A stretch of 64,000 bases of DNA from Octopus sinensis. Taxonomy: Eukaryota. A program made the translations under genes and the position numbers. Position 1 is the first letter of the stretch. Every line of letters starts with the position of its first letter. Below the pieces are notes generated by a model. That model saw nothing but the letters and a program-made list of their open reading frames with translations. It did not search any database and was not told the DNA's origin. The DNA lies in NCBI RefSeq assembly GCF_006345805.1, contig NC_043001.1:12090001-12154000 (forward strand). Direction: 5' to 3'. This document shows positions 42,362 through 57,432 of this stretch, piece after piece.

Positions 42362-42413
<52 letters not shown>

Positions 42414-42612
42414 ATATATATATATATAATATATATATATATACAAATATAAGAAAGAGTTCTCTCTTATATTGTGTATTAATATTTACTGAATCCCAGT
42501 TTTTATGCGCTAAACCACTTGGTGTTAAATTGATGTTATTAAATTAATATCCAACTTTTACACCCTTATTTTTTATATATATTTTTGATATACATATATA
42601 TATATATAAGGC

Positions 42613-42663
<51 letters not shown>

Positions 42664-43270
42664 TTTATATTTGATTACAAGAAAATTGGTATTTCGAAGT
42701 CCCCATCAATTTTGGCCTGGAAAAAAATCAACAAATATACACTTTACTAAAAGCATTACGTGATACTTCCTTATAATTTGAAATTACACTTTTATATACT
42801 TTCTCATAAAAACAAACGTTGAGATTACAAACTCATGTATGTGTATGATTATGTGTATGTGGCTCTGGGAATGTGTGAGTATGTTCGTGCGTGTGTGTGT
42901 GCGTTTGAGTGTGCGCGTGCATGTGTGTGTGTGTGAGTGTGTGTGTGTGTCATATATATTGGAATAGCGAAAGTACAAGTGACGTAAACGAAAGTGAGAG
43001 ACAGATATAAAACTAAAATAAGGCTAGTTTGAAATACAGTAAGAGATGTGACAAGATATTGATTATTTACTGCAACGTAAAAGTATAAACATAACATAGA
43101 CACATCAGATCATTTGCCATTTGTGATTTCTATAGGAAATGATGACGTAATGCGAGTGGCATAGCTTCAATAGGGAAGGCGGAAAGATTTCACTTCGCCA
43201 TTGACTTCTACAAGATGATATGAGTACAGAACATGTATGGTAGGACATAAGCGTATGTATATCTATATAT

Positions 43271-43320
<50 letters not shown>

Positions 43321-43368
43321 CATACATACATACATATATACATACATACATACATACATACAAACATA

Positions 43369-43870
43369 CATACATATAAGAAGGGTGACCACTAGGTGGA
43401 CATCCATATGCTAGAAGTAGACCCCCTATGGTCTTACCAGCAAAAAAGGAATGTTCTCTAACCGGCAAAATTCCCTGAAGAGAATTATTTTTCTGCGGTA
43501 TTTATCACCGGTATTTTGGCGTGCCAAAACGAAGACATTTATAATATAACCCCATATATAATTGGTAGAACTATATACATGTCCAATCTCATGCGGACGT
43601 CTCGTGTATAGTTCTGTAAATTATATTTTGCTATGACGGTCACACCGAGGGGTTGCGGACATTCTACGTAAGTGATTACGTAAATGGTAACAACGAAAGT
43701 CGTTTGTGATTAATCTGAATATATTTTGTCTCTTTTTATTTGTCTTGCTCGCTTACGCTCTGGTGTTTGCTAAATTTTTTTGAGGATATTCCTTTCTTAG
43801 TAGAAAGACCGTAGGGGTCTACTTCTAGCATATGGAAATCCACTTAGTGGTCACCCCGCTTATATGTATG
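43369..43870. mobile_element. Element with ~90-bp inverted ends and an internal degenerate hammerhead (43640-43709, +)
   Basis: GGGTGACCACTA..CCATATGCTAGAAGTAGACCCC inverted at both ends; TCACA-CCGAGGG-GTTG..TACGTAA gtga TTACGTA..CAAC-GAAA gtcg TT-TGTGA. Confidence 0.75.
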
Positions 43871-44022
43871 TTATACAATTTTCTCTGAATCTTCAGTTTT
43901 TTTATATGCTAGACCACTGGTTTTAAATTGATATTAATCAACTTAATATTCAATTTTTCACCCTTATTTTAAATATATATATGTATATATAGATGTATAT
44001 ATATACCGTTTTTCTGATGTCC

Positions 44023-44085
44023 AGATAACCGAAGAAATGGTGGTGTGGATTTCCACATCGGCATCCGAAACTCAGAGTTTTATCT
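44023..44085 (+). ncRNA. Type I hammerhead, CCGAAGA core variant, in a short element between (TA)n tracts
   Basis: AGATAA-CCGAAGA-..TGTGG attt CCACA..-GAAAC tcaga GTT-TTATCT. Confidence 0.75.
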
Positions 44086-44185
44086 TGGCTACCGAATAAT
44101 TGTCACATATTATTTTACAGATAAATTTCCTCTATTTACATAATATTGAGGTCTCTTTCTTTCTTTTGTTATCTTACCGTTTTTA

Positions 44186-44243
<58 letters not shown>

Positions 44244-44244
44244 A

Positions 44245-44346
<102 letters not shown>

Positions 44347-44804
44347 CCGGAGTAAACACATAAATGTGAAACAAGGTGGAAAAAGAGTACTCAAATACCA
44401 GTCGTAGAGTAATATGCTTTATTTAAAGCAGCAGAAAATTCTACAAACCCAAATTCTACATGCATGTATACACATATATTTACATACATGTATGCATACG
44501 CGTAATTATACCACCACGATCACAGAAATCCATTATATTTCCATCAATCTCTTCGTATGTATTTTCATTACGTGAGTTTACCGATTATTTTAAAGAATAT
44601 TCTGTCAATATCTTTGCTAAACTCTGAATACATGTGAAAAAATAGTTTGAGTTGAGATGAGATTTGAAAGTATTATAGATGAAAGCGGAGTGTCCCTAAC
44701 TGACATCGAAAATATTGCAAGCTGGAAGTTGATAATATATACGCGTGTTAATTTCTCATTTTTCCCTGCTGAGAATGTAAGCATTAAATGTACACAGTCT
44801 AATA

Positions 44805-44946
44805 ACCACACACGTGTTCCTTTCTGTTGAAGAGCGCAGGCACGAAACATAAAAGACTTCCCGAGCGTTAAACTAATACATCTGTTTGTTGTTTACACAC
44901 CCGTTTTCGCCTTTTGTACTTTGTTTTTTTTTGTAAATTCTCACTA
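44805..44946 (+). mobile_element. Family X element with HHR-like motif (44816-44857)
   Basis: CTTT-CTGTTGAA-GAGC gcag GCAC-GAAACATA-AAAG; ends at (TA)n. Confidence 0.7.
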
Positions 44947-44950
44947 TATA

Positions 44951-45031
<81 letters not shown>

Positions 45032-46498
45032 GTGTGTGTGTGTTGTGTGTGTGTGTGTGTGTTGTGTGTGTGTGTGTGTGTTTGTGTGTGTGCGTGTGTG
45101 TGTGTTTGCTTTTTTGTGTGTAACTATCTGTAAGTTACAACAATATTAAATACTGAATTTGTAACATAACTGAAAAATTAGAAAACTTGAAGCTAACTCA
45201 TCTTAACGGCGTACACTGTATATCGAATTATGTTCCATTAACATAGAATCCAACGATTGTTACCACTGGAGCTAAACTCATCTGTTCCTTCCGAAATCTT
45301 TTACTATGAACATCACATTCTCTATTTTATCATGTCGAGGATTTCAATGATGGTTCCTCCATTTTGTCATTTGATCTTGCAGAAATTGTTCTAAATAACA
45401 TCGCACATCCCAATTTTTGTTTTATTTAAACTTCTTGCACATTTCAGATAGTATATTCTAGCTGCAATGGATCTGGAAAGAAGCAGAGGATGTCCGTTGC
45501 TTGCATCATATTAATAATAGGTTTGCTCGATAACAGCTACTTTGGCATAGAAGCACATGATCGTCTCCAGTTACAGCACATCTAATTCATCCCCGAACAA
45601 ATGTGTTTCCACCAACCGATTAAATCACAATTTAAGCATAATGCAACGAATCAAATTAGCACCGTTCGTACGTTTAAACTACATATTAGTTAGTTCTCTT
45701 TTAATGGATTACTTGATATTACATTGAGCATGAATAAATCAACGTGAATAGGATATAAAAGTAAAAAAAATACGTCAGTATGCATTAAAAACATTTCTAA
45801 ATATTAGCTTGTGTTTGTCATTTCTGTATTAAGTGTTGCTCTAAGATTACACTTGTTAATGTTAAATTTCCTTAACACACTTGGGAAATAACAGATATCA
45901 AAACCAATTTAATACTGCAGCATTCAGAAAATATGCAAAACTATCTATGTTTTTATAGTTAACTATTGTCATTGTTTTCTTTTTTCTTTTCCTATTTATA
46001 TTGCCGGCAGGGTTACTATTTTTATTATCACAGCTTTCAATATTATTCGACAATCGCATGTCATATGAATATGAAATAATTATGAACTTGGACTGACAAT
46101 TCATTGATAACATTCCGACATGCTGGATGACGGAAGCAAAAACAAAAAAAAAATGCGTAAAAAAATTGCACTACCGTAAAATCACAAAATACAAATGGAC
46201 AATATCAGCAATAAAATGATGCATTTAATGGGATCCTCGGGTTAATTACTGGCAGCACTTTCACAAGACACGGTTATCACTGTTGTTCAGGTTGTACATG
46301 AAATAATGAATGCTCGAATGTGGTATAGCTTTGCATATGTTAGCAAAGATATAATGCATTAGCATATTCGCGTGGGAACAACCACAAATAAAATGGAGGC
46401 ATACGTATCACCGACCTTTTATAATAGACCAGGAGGTACATTAGATGTGAGTGTTTTGTCCTTCAAATGCAGTAACCTTCTTTCCTAGTAAAGCGATA

Positions 46499-46574
<76 letters not shown>

Positions 46575-46575
46575 G

Positions 46576-46623
<48 letters not shown>

Positions 46624-46627
46624 CTCA

Positions 46628-46674
<47 letters not shown>

Positions 46675-46689
46675 ATATATATATGTATA

Positions 46690-47290
46690 GAGACAAATAA
46701 GGACAGGCACACGGATTAAGTCGATTACATTGACCCCAGTGCGTAACTGGTACTTATTTAATAGACCCCGAAAGGATGAAAGGCAAGGTCGACCTCGGCG
46801 GAATTTGAACTCAGAACTTAACAGCAGACGAAATACGGCTACGCATTTCGCCTGGATATATATACATATATATAACCACGCACACTCACACACACACATG
46901 CGCACACACACAAACAAATATATATAAAGTGAGTAAGCGTGTCTGTGAGATAAGAAGCTTGCTTACAGCCACACAGTTTCGGGTTCGGTCCTAAATTTGT
47001 CATCAAGTATAGCCCAGGGTCAATCAAGCATTGTTAGTGGATTAGATTTGGTTGACAGGAAGTGGAAAACCTAAAGACCTCGTGTGCGCACTTGTGAATG
47101 TGTGAGCGGGTGCGCGTGTTTCCCATCTACACATGACAGCTGGTATCGGTTTATTAAGGTCTAAGTTATCTACCGGATAACCAACAGAAACCAGCCGCAA
47201 TGAATATCAGGTTTCAAAAATAAGAAACGGGATTGATTGGTTCGACTAATCCTTTCTAGACGGTGCCCCAGCATGACCGAAGCAAGTAAA
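46690..47290. mobile_element. Partial SINE B (-, 46690-46853) and diverged SINE A (+, ~46930-47290) beside (TATC)n at 46497-46680
   Basis: Similarity to the families above. Confidence 0.75.
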
Positions 47291-47706
47291 ATGATGTATA
47301 TTCTTTACTGGAAAGCAATACTGTAGTATTGCATTACTAATTTATTGAAGCTTCTTCACCGTTTTCGTGCTGTTGGCGTTTCGGCGTTTCAGTCGATTGT
47401 AATGGCTTTAATATGGTAACATCTGAGATTTTGTCATGGTATATGCTTGGCTGATGAAGATAGACCAAGATTATGGGTGGCAGACATATCTTGTAAAATC
47501 TGAAACCTGCAGGTCCCACATTATCCTTTTCCAGGTATTTCATCTTTCAGATGTTCTCCCTGGAGGTAAGACAATCTTTTCTAGTTTGTTGCACACACGC
47601 ATTTTTGCTAATACATACGCGGTGAAGCTATACATTAGCGTCGTATTATTACGTTCGCTATTTCCAGTAAATATCGGTACTTCGTTGTGCCATATATTTA
47701 CTACTT

Positions 47707-47782
<76 letters not shown>

Positions 47783-47826
47783 AGATAAATACGAAGTACA
47801 CACACACAAACATTCAAGCACATATA

Positions 47827-48230
47827 CTCTTTTTCTCTTTTATTTGTTTCACTCATTTTGACTGTGGCCATGCTGGAGCACCGCCTTTAGTCGAGCAAAT
47901 CGACCCCAGGACTTATTCTTTGTAAGCCCAGTACTTATTCTATCAGTTTCTTTTGCCAAACCGCTAAGTGACGGAGACGTAAACACACCAGCATCGGTTA
48001 TCAAGCGATGTTGGGGGGACAAACACAGACACACAAACATATATACACACACACACATATATATACATATATACGACGGGCTTCTTTCAGTTTCCGTCTA
48101 CCAAATCCACTCACAAGACTTTTGTCGGTCCGAGGCTATAGTAGAAGACACTTGTCCAAGGTGCCACGCTGTGGGACTGAACCCGGAACCATGAGGTTCG
48201 TAAGCAAGCTACTCACTACACAGCCATTCC
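47827..48230 (-). mobile_element. SINE family A
   Basis: Full length. Confidence 0.9.
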
Positions 48231-50134
48231 TAGTACACATACAGCTGCGTAATCTTTTCTGCATTTTCGTTTGTATAAAAGGTACGATTTAAAAATACGT
48301 GCTTCTTTTGTACGGAAAGGAATCTGCAAGCAATTATTTTGCTGAGCAATCCTCGATATTCTTTCTGTTTTATCTCTTCCACCCTCCACATTTCTTTATT
48401 AGGCACATGTGCACAATATTCTTTCCATTTCATAAAACGTAAAACAGGTCATATGAGATTAATTGGCATGAAAAATATATTTAGTTTGCTTCCCACATAA
48501 AAATCTACAACTATTGTCACGTACGGATTAGATTTATTACGCAAATGATGTTAGCATTGCATATGGTACAGAGCGCAAAGTTTAACAGAAATTTTTCGGC
48601 AGACATTTTAAAGTTACCGAGAATTCTTGTAACGTTGAGTTTAGAAAAAAATATATGGTTTATTTCAGTTTGTGATCAAAGTGTGTATCAAGCAGATTTA
48701 TATTTAATTTCCGATGTATAAAGTAGAACAAGGAGCTTTTATCTCCAACATATTTCTCCGATATATCAAAAAGCTTAAAAAATATGGCTGTGGAACGTTT
48801 GATGTTTATTTTATTCACAAATGTATATGAAAATAGTTATTACATCTCACGTTGCTTTTAATCTGAGTAGTGCTACAGATAAAGATTTTCTATGAACAAA
48901 TATGGAACAAATATAAAAAAATTATTAACAAAGCCCCATATAATTTCCAATTTTAATACACAAGCTGCAAAATTGAGTAAACAGACGACATCCATTTTAT
49001 CGCCCGCCAAACAACGAAATGCAATTCAAATGAGAACAGTTCTTTATTTATCGGCTGGTCTTATTATATACTAGGTAAATTAGAGCAACGTGTATGTACA
49101 CAGGGAAAATGCGTGCCACACTCTCCAAACATCTAACGCCTATGATTGTATAAACAGAATCTAACACAGATGCATTATATAACACCTATCTATCTACAAA
49201 TAATTATACGTGTATGAGTATGTGTGAATGCGTCTATGTGTGTGAAATAGTGTCCAATTTAGCAGTGCTGAATAACATGTAAGGACAATGATATTTAAGA
49301 TGCACGAGCTCATTCTTATTCATATCTGATCTTATCTCTACTTCGTGTCAACCTGTGACAAGCCCTCGGGTATGCCAACAACCGCATACACACAATATCA
49401 AGCGTAAATTCATACGTTTGAACAGCTGTCACGAAAATAGCGCGTCTCATTAATATTAATGCTGTAAAACTTTAATATATTTACACATACACAGGGCATG
49501 CATAACCTCCGCTCAAATATATGAAACGCAAACATGACTGGTCCCGCAACGTCCCGAGTCTGTTAATTATACGATATAAACTCGTGAATCTGGCGATCTC
49601 TTCCTGGGGCCTCGCACTATCAGTATGCATGAATACACACACATACACACACACACATTTAAACATGCGATGTAGTTATCAACAATTTCCGGACTAGTTT
49701 TTCAGCACTCCAGCAGAGGGCAGCTGACGTTGTCGAGTGCCGTAAGAGCTAGCGGTGTTCTTTATGTGTGACATCGTTACGTTTACTTCGCACGTTGTGT
49801 AATTTGTGTCTTGTGATCAAGTGTATGCTGTACTCTGCGATTTCGTCATGGATAGGAAGTTGGAAAAAAAGAGTCAACGTGAAATTTTGCGTCAAACTTG
49901 AGTCTACTGCTACAGAAATATTATTCATGCTTCGGCAGGTTTACGGCGACGTGGCAATTGGTCGAACTCAAGGTTTTGAATGGCAGAGGCGCTTCGAAAG
50001 CGGAGGAGCTTCATTAATTGATGATAAACAATCTAGAAGACCTGCCACATGTTTCAACCCCAGAAACGTGGAGAAAATTCATCAGCTTATGCATAAGAAT
50101 CATCGGAGGACAATCAATGACATTGCTGTTGTTG

Positions 50135-50500
50135 GATGTTTGTTTGTTGAGCGAAGTGGTCTTCGTGGGAGAGGTCCGAAACGTGGTCCTTTACTATTCG
50201 TAAGACCCGCAGAGGAGAAAGCAGGTCAATCCCCGACACCGAGAGCATCGACGGATTGATGAATGCGCATCCAGGCTCAGCGGTTGCGTAGGAAGACGGA
50301 GACAAGGAACAGGATGAAAGAGTGAGAGAAAGTAGGGGCGAAAGAGTACAACAGGGGTCGCCAACCACCCCCTGCCGGAGCCTCGTGGAGCTTTAGGTGC
50401 TTTCGCTCAATAAACACTCACAACACCCGGTCTGGGAATCGAAACCGCGATCCTCCGACCGCAAGCCCAATGCCCTAACCACTGGGCCATTGCGCCTCCA
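50135..50500 (-). mobile_element. SINE with family C head but a different 3' tail
   Basis: TSD TGCTGTTGTTGG (50123-50134 / 50502-50513) inside the mariner. Confidence 0.85.
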
Positions 50501-50724
50501 CTGCTGTTGTTGGTCTGTCGTATGGACCCGTGCAGGCAATCCTAATGTCTGGATTTTCTTTATGATGACAATGCACCCGGTCATCGCCATCTCCTCACGC
50601 TCGAATTTCTCACCAAAACCAACATGTTGTCGCTCTCGCATCCACCCCCTTTTCACCAGATTTTTCCCCCGGCGAACTTCTATCTTTTTCCAAGAGGATA
50701 ATGCAGCTCAAGGATCTCCGTTAT

Positions 50725-50907
50725 AACAATCGATGCTGGTGTGTTTACGTCCCCGTCACTTAGCGGTTCGGCAAAAGAGACCGATAGAATAAGTACTGGG
50801 CTTACAAAGAATAAGTCCCGGGGTCGATTTGCTCGACTAAAAGGCGGTGCTCCAGCATGGCCGCAGTCAAATGACTGAAACAAGTAAAAGAGTAAAAGAG
50901 TAAAGAG
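50725..50907 (+). mobile_element. 5'-truncated SINE family A
   Basis: 3' half nearly identical to 36327-36500. Confidence 0.9.
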
Positions 50908-51547
50908 TATATATGGCAAATCGCACAAGGTCCTCGACTCGCTTCCGGAAACAACCTCTATGCCGGTTTCCGGAAGTGGCAGGAACGCTGGAAACGTTGT
51001 ATAACTTCTTGTCTATGCTGTTTGTTGAAACATTATCAATGTCGTCATGATTCCAAACTAAGAAACCTTTTATCCCGTGTTTTAACATAAAAAGAAATTG
51101 TTGATAGAAGTCTTAATTATTCCTGATTTAATTATATCCAGGTATTTTGTATCACTGATATGGAAATATTCATGTTTACAATTGATATAATATTAAGGGT
51201 TTTTCTAATAGTGATTCCAAACAACAAAGATATGAAAAATTATGCAAAATTTATCGTTAATATAAATGGATATAAATATATCTCTTTGGTAAATATTAAT
51301 TCAGGAAAGAGATAAGGTCGAAGGCGACATGAAATTTATCGAAAGATTAGATTAACAATTTCCACAATGAAATTACAAGCAATTGCTTGATGTCAATGGT
51401 ATTTAAATATCTAAGATAAACACCATAATACAGACTTCCGATAATTCTGTAACACTAGATTTGCTTCCGCCCCCGTCATTCATGCTACTTAACTAAGACA
51501 TTCCTGTGTCATAGACACGCAGAATATGTCGTAATATTATTCAAACA

Positions 51548-52185
51548 AAGCGGCGAGCTGGCAGAAACGTTAGCGCCCCAGCCGAAATTCTTAGCGGTAT
51601 TTCGTTTGTCATTACGTTCTGATTTCAAATTCCACCGAGGTCGATTTTGAGTTCCATCCTTTCTGGGTCGATAAATTAAGTGCAAGCTGCGTCCTGGGGT
51701 CAATCTAATCGACTGGCCCCCTTACTCCAAACTGTTGGGCCTTCTGCCTAGAATAGAAAAGAATATTATTGAAATAAGGCGGCGATCTGGCAGAAACGTT
51801 AGCACGCCGGGCGAAATGCTTAGCGGTATTTCGTATCTCTTTATGTTCTGAGTTCAAATTCCGCCGAGGTCGACTTTGCCTTTCATCCTTTCGGGGTCGG
51901 TTAAATAAGTACTAGTTACGTACTTGGGTCGATATAATCGACTTAATCGTTTTGTCTGTCCTTGTTTGTCCCCTCTGTGTTTAGCCCCTTGTGGGTAGTA
52001 AAGAAATAGGTATTTCGTCTGTCTTTAAGTTCTGAGTTGGAATTCCTGTGAGGTCGAATTTGCTTTCATCCTTTCATCGTTAATTTAACTGGTCGATAAC
52101 TTAAGTACCAGCTGCGTACTGGGGTCTATCTTATCGATTGACCCCATCACTAAAATTTCGGGGTTTGTACTTAAAGTAAAAAAGA
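51548..52185 (+). mobile_element. SINE family B cluster (monomer + dimer)
   Basis: Heads at ~51549 and ~51777; core repeated at ~52009. Confidence 0.85.
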
Positions 52186-53137
52186 ATATCATTGAGACGA
52201 TGACGTATAAATAACTCGAAAGTTAATCAGTTGGAAAAATTTGATATCGAAACATCACCCCTCAGACAAGAATTCACTGCATAAAAGCAGCAAGAGAACT
52301 GTCTGAGATGCGTTTCACATGGAAATAAATGGTTCTCGCTATGACAATATATATAATGAAGTTGTATCTAATTAGGAAATAGATATAGTCTAATTATTTC
52401 GAAAATTTAGATCGAAGAAAATAAATTACATCCACTTAAGAAAAATCTTTGGAAATTCACTGCGACTGTAAATACTCTGTTAAAATGAAATCAAAAAGTT
52501 TAATTTCCAGTCGCATCAAAACTTATTTTGAATACGTTGTACGTTCCCTGGCTTTAATTTAGTTGAATCTAAAAGAACTAAAGTAATTATTTGTTTTCTC
52601 TAACGTTATTAGAGTTCCATTCTCTATAAGTTCAACATCTCTCGACTGTATTTACCTTGCAATCATTATCTCTATTCAACTTCGTAGATATTATATTTTC
52701 TAATTGCAGTGTAAGTGAGATATTCAGCACATAGTTCGCCATTCGGCTACATTTATTATGAAACAACGCCAAAACAATTAAAATCTTCAATTTGAACTTA
52801 GCTTCTCTAAGAAATACTCTAACTTCATTAACGATCTCTCACGTTGGAAATAAAATAAGATTTTAACTTGTAATGTATCCATTAATTTGTAAATATAAAG
52901 TGAAAACACATTTAAACAAGTGCAGGCATGACTGAACAATTAACAGGTTCGCTTTGTAACTGTATTCTGGAGTTGAAACCCATGGTTCTGGTCATTGAGA
53001 ACGTTTTTTATACAACACACCGGGTCATCCAATGCTTTTTGACTGAATGCATTATTCGGGCAAACTTGTTGATATCGTATTGTATATGTTAATTGCTGGG
53101 TAGAAATATTGTATTCCGTTTTGGAATCACGATATAG

Positions 53138-53536
53138 TACCTATTTCTTTACTACCCACAGTGGGCTAAACATAGAGGGGACAAACGAGGACAGACAAAC
53201 GGATTAAGTCGATTATATCGACCCCAGTACGTAACTGGTACTTAATTTATCGACTCCGAAATGATGAAAGGCAAAGTCGACCACAGCGCAATTTCAACTC
53301 AGAACGTAACGGCAGACGGAATACCTATTTCTTTACTACCCACAAGGGGCTAAACAGAGAGGGGACAAACAAGGACAGACAAACGGAGTAAGTCGATTAT
53401 ATCGACCCCAGTGCGTAACTGGCACTTATATAATCGATCCCGAAAGGATGAAAGGCAAAGTCGACCTCGGCGGAATTTGAGCTCAGAACGTAACGGCAGA
53501 CGAAATACCGCTAAGCATTTCGCCCGGCGTGCTAAC
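53138..53536 (-). mobile_element. SINE family B partial tandem dimer
   Basis: Two core+tail1 units joined at GGTAT (~53320). Confidence 0.88.
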
Positions 53537-54614
53537 GGTCACAATATGAAACTAAGTACATGAAGTGTTTATAAATCAATACTGTGTCCAACTTTTGTCT
53601 TAGCAGTGCGATATTTTTAAGTAATCTCTACATATTTTCTATACATTTTTAGGGCCAGGATTGAAAGTCACGACTTTTTGAATAAGGATGGGTGTGTATG
53701 CACATTTTAAGGACAATTGCATTTTCATCAGCGCCACATCCAAACTATTACCTATGCATGAACGCATTGCTTAAATGCCTACGGATTATAGCTTTGTGAC
53801 GGCGATACAAGTCATAGGTATATGAACAATTGCATAAACAATTTACCTATTAATTACATGTTTGACAACTATAAAGGAAATATCAGTTGCTATGAAGGAC
53901 GCAGTATTTCGTTTTGCAAACATGATATATTAAACCAAGTATATTAAAGTCTTAAAAGTCGATACAACGTTTTAGGTTTCTTTTTAATCCTTGCGATGTT
54001 CTCGTATTAAATTTCATCGCTATAGTTTTTCTACAAAGGCTGGATAAAAGAGCAATAACTATTGAAATCTGTATGTACATCCATTACCTTTATTTTCTCT
54101 CTTCCTTAGCATTGTTTGCATAGATTCGCATACAAAACGACGTGGCTTTCAGTAATGGCTCTGCACTCTAGAAAATATAGAGAGCTAGACTTTAAAATTA
54201 CCTCCAGCTTTTTATATTATAAAACTTATGCAAGCTTGATTGCGTGCTGTTATAACTTTGCACCATTGTTTTGTAAGATAGAGCCCAAGAACGCTTTAAA
54301 ACCTTTGACCTATTCTGAAGAAAAAAGGTGATTCCATTTAATATAATTAATTTCTTCATTAGTGTATATGCTGCACACGCAATCACCATTTGTTCATTTC
54401 ACATACATCGTAAATTAAACCAAGAAAAAAAAATCTCGTAGATCATATTGGAAAAATCAACTTAGTCCCACACGATAGATTTTACCGCTATTTTTCTGCC
54501 TGCTCTAAGCCAAAAAAATCTATATATTTCCGACATCTTGACGAATAGATACGGGTAATTTCTGAGGTTTCGACAGGCCTATATATCTTGCTGTTATAAC
54601 GTTATAACGTTATA

Positions 54615-54847
54615 AAGGCGGCGAGCTGGCAGAATCGTTAGCACGTCGGGCGAAATGCTTAGCGGTATTTCGGCTGCCGTTACGTTGTGAGTTCAAATTC
54701 CGCCGAGGTCGACTTTGCCTTTCATCCTTTCGGGGTCGATAAATTAAGTGCCAGTTAAGCACTGGGGTCGATATAATCGACTTAATACCTATGTCTGTCC
54801 ATGTTTGTCCCCTCTATGTTTAGCCCCTTGTGTGTAATAATGAAATA
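54615..54847 (+). mobile_element. SINE family B
   Basis: TSD GTTATAACGTTATA. Confidence 0.92.
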
Positions 54848-55827
54848 GTTATAACGTTATAGAAGGGAGAAATTCCAAATTTTGTCGTTCTTGAGTTGTA
54901 CATCGTGTGTTTTAATTTCACATTTCCATAACAATCGCTTTTCACTACCTTGAAATCTCTGCAAAAACAAAGAAACAATACAGTTTGATTTATTTATTTC
55001 TATTCTACCACAACATAATCCACATTGCAGTTCAGTTTCTTATTTAGTGGAACAGTCAACGTGCTGGCATCTTGCTTGATCATGCCTATGATATTCATCA
55101 AAGTGCTAAACTGAAGAAATTTATTTTAAAGTATTTATTGGAACGAACACCACCAAGCATTTTTTTTTACGATTGCCTTTCTTCTTTATGGGGGCCATAA
55201 AAGACGTGCCAGCCAAACAGCAAGGGTTGACTTACCTCCCTCCTATAATAAGTGGAATATTGGCAAAATAAGCAACATTTATTCGTTAAATTAGCATTTC
55301 CGAACAATTTGAGAAATATAGAATATTCAGGAGATTACAATTACATGTGCAAATCTTTTATATAAGTTTTAGATTGTAAATTACCAATAGGCATAGGAAT
55401 GAGATTTGTGGAATATCCCCCGGTGATTAATAAGATATTTCTAAAAAAATCATTTCTGTAAATAGATGTTAAAGTTCTATTTAGTTACACGATAACTTCT
55501 TTACAAAACGGAATCCACTCGAATAGAAAAGATTAGCTAATTCCCCCAACACACTAACTTACGTAAATGCCAGATCCATGTATCTGTTTGTTGGAAAGTG
55601 CCATGAGATAAATTTGAGAATTACATATATAAGCGATTGTGTGGCTATGTTGTAAGAAGCGGAACCATGGGGCTTCTGACCCACATCGTCCTAGATTCAA
55701 TTTCATTGCGTTGCAACTCGGGCAAGTGTATTCCACTGTGGCGTTAAACAAGCCAAAGCTTTGCGAATGGATTTGGTAGGCGGGAAATGAAAGAAGACCG
55801 TCGTATAAATATATGTGCATATATATG

Positions 55828-55859
<32 letters not shown>

Positions 55860-55863
<4 letters not shown>

Positions 55864-56238
55864 ATAAAATCCGTTCTGTTTGTCTGTGTGTGTGTGTATC
55901 TTCTAGGATCTCAGGCTTCCTCCATCCGATTGCGCTCAAATTTGATATATAGATATCGACGGTATCAGGGCGTGTATAAGTCTTGAGAAATTGTAAAAAT
56001 CGATTCCAGGTGATAAGGCGATCGATAAAGCTGTGGGAACGTGCATTTGTAAAATCGTTTTTCTTGGAAGAGAAAAAGTCTATCTTTATTTCTTTTTCTG
56101 GTGCCTCAAATTTAGGTTAAATCAGAGTTTCTCAGAGGGGAGGACTATGGGACGGTCGGAGAAGTTGTTTTGAGAAAATTTGGTATAAATGTTTAACAAC
56201 TCAGCACCGTCCATTGGACGGGGGGTGTTTTGTTGGTA
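55860..56238 (+). mobile_element. Putative non-autonomous Helitron-like element nested in a diverged SINE A (55635-56520)
   Basis: 5' TATAAAA..TCTGTTTGTCTGT..CCGATT..AAATTT; subterminal hairpin CCGTCC att GGACGG (56207-56221). Confidence 0.5.
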
Positions 56239-56993
56239 AATGAATATTTATATATGTGTGTATGCGCGTGTGTGTGTGTGTGCGTGCGTGCGTGTGCGTG
56301 TGTATATATATGCATGTGTGTGTGTGTACTTTTTGTGTGTCTCCCTCACAACCGCTTGCTAAACGGTGTTGGTTTGTTTAATTGCATATAAGTTATTGGT
56401 TCGTTAAAAGAGACCGTTAGAATAAGCACCCAGCTCATTGTGATCGATTCGTTCTACTAGAACGCATCAAGATGATGTCCCAGCATGGCCGCACTTCAAT
56501 AACCGAAGCACATAAAGAAGAAAGAAGAAGGTCCAAGAATATGTATCGTAGATAGAAGCTACGTAAGCAGTCTTAAATTTCGCATGGGTGGTTTAAATCG
56601 AGTACATCGGTAAATGTACCTGTACTAGTACCTGTTTTATCGACCCCGAATGAATGAAATGCCGACACATTTAGCATTTGAACTTAGAACGTAAATTCGG
56701 AAGAAATGCTGTAAAGCACTTTTTTCTGCCATGGTAACGATTATGCCAGTTCGCCACCTGAAACCGTCTTTAAATTACAATGCAAAATGTGAGCGGCTAG
56801 ACCATGAATTGAAACCGAAACAGTGGTTTGCCATGTGAAAGTTTATCGTAATATAAACGAAAAAGAGGTTTAGATTTTGTACTTTACTTATTTGGGATTG
56901 ATTCAATTGAATTTCAATCCCAAAGAAGATCGATATGAATCAGTACCGAACGTATTGAAATACACACACACACACACACATACACACACACAT

Positions 56994-57051
<58 letters not shown>

Positions 57052-57319
57052 AACTTTTACATAAATAAATAACGTGAAATACACGAAGGGACGAACAAAA
57101 AAAACAAACGGGTCATTCAAAGCCTTCATTCTTCAGTCAGAAACTGATCCCTCATCGCAGATTTCGGCTGTGTAATTCTGAGATCCGCTCTGAATCAGCC
57201 AGCCACAGAAGGAAAGAATGAAACGCAACAGAGACAAACATGAAACGAAAAATCTTTTTTGGGGACAGTAACGGTTAAAAACATGGATGACACAGGCGCC
57301 GTACGGCTTTGAGACAAAC

Positions 57320-57342
57320 AGAGAGACACAAAAACAATATCA

Positions 57343-57374
<32 letters not shown>

Positions 57375-57392
57375 TTTGTGTCTCTCAAGTTT

Positions 57393-57432
<40 letters not shown>

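Larger units (their letters stand above)
49666..50995 (+). mobile_element. Degenerate mariner transposon interrupted by two SINEs
   Basis: RVNVKFCVKL..ATE..MLRQVYG..FEW.RRF..SRRP HTH; DDNAPGH, HPP.SPD..F.LFP; KWQERW at ~50975; left TIR remnant at 49666. Confidence 0.88.

Noticed and set aside
47446-47469. Hammerhead at CTTGG-CTGATGA..CCAAG
   Set aside because: No stem II/GAAA/stem III between the arms.
50155-50190. HHR-like GGTCC-GAAACGT
   Set aside because: No CUGANGA-like core or NUH site; antisense to a SINE tail.
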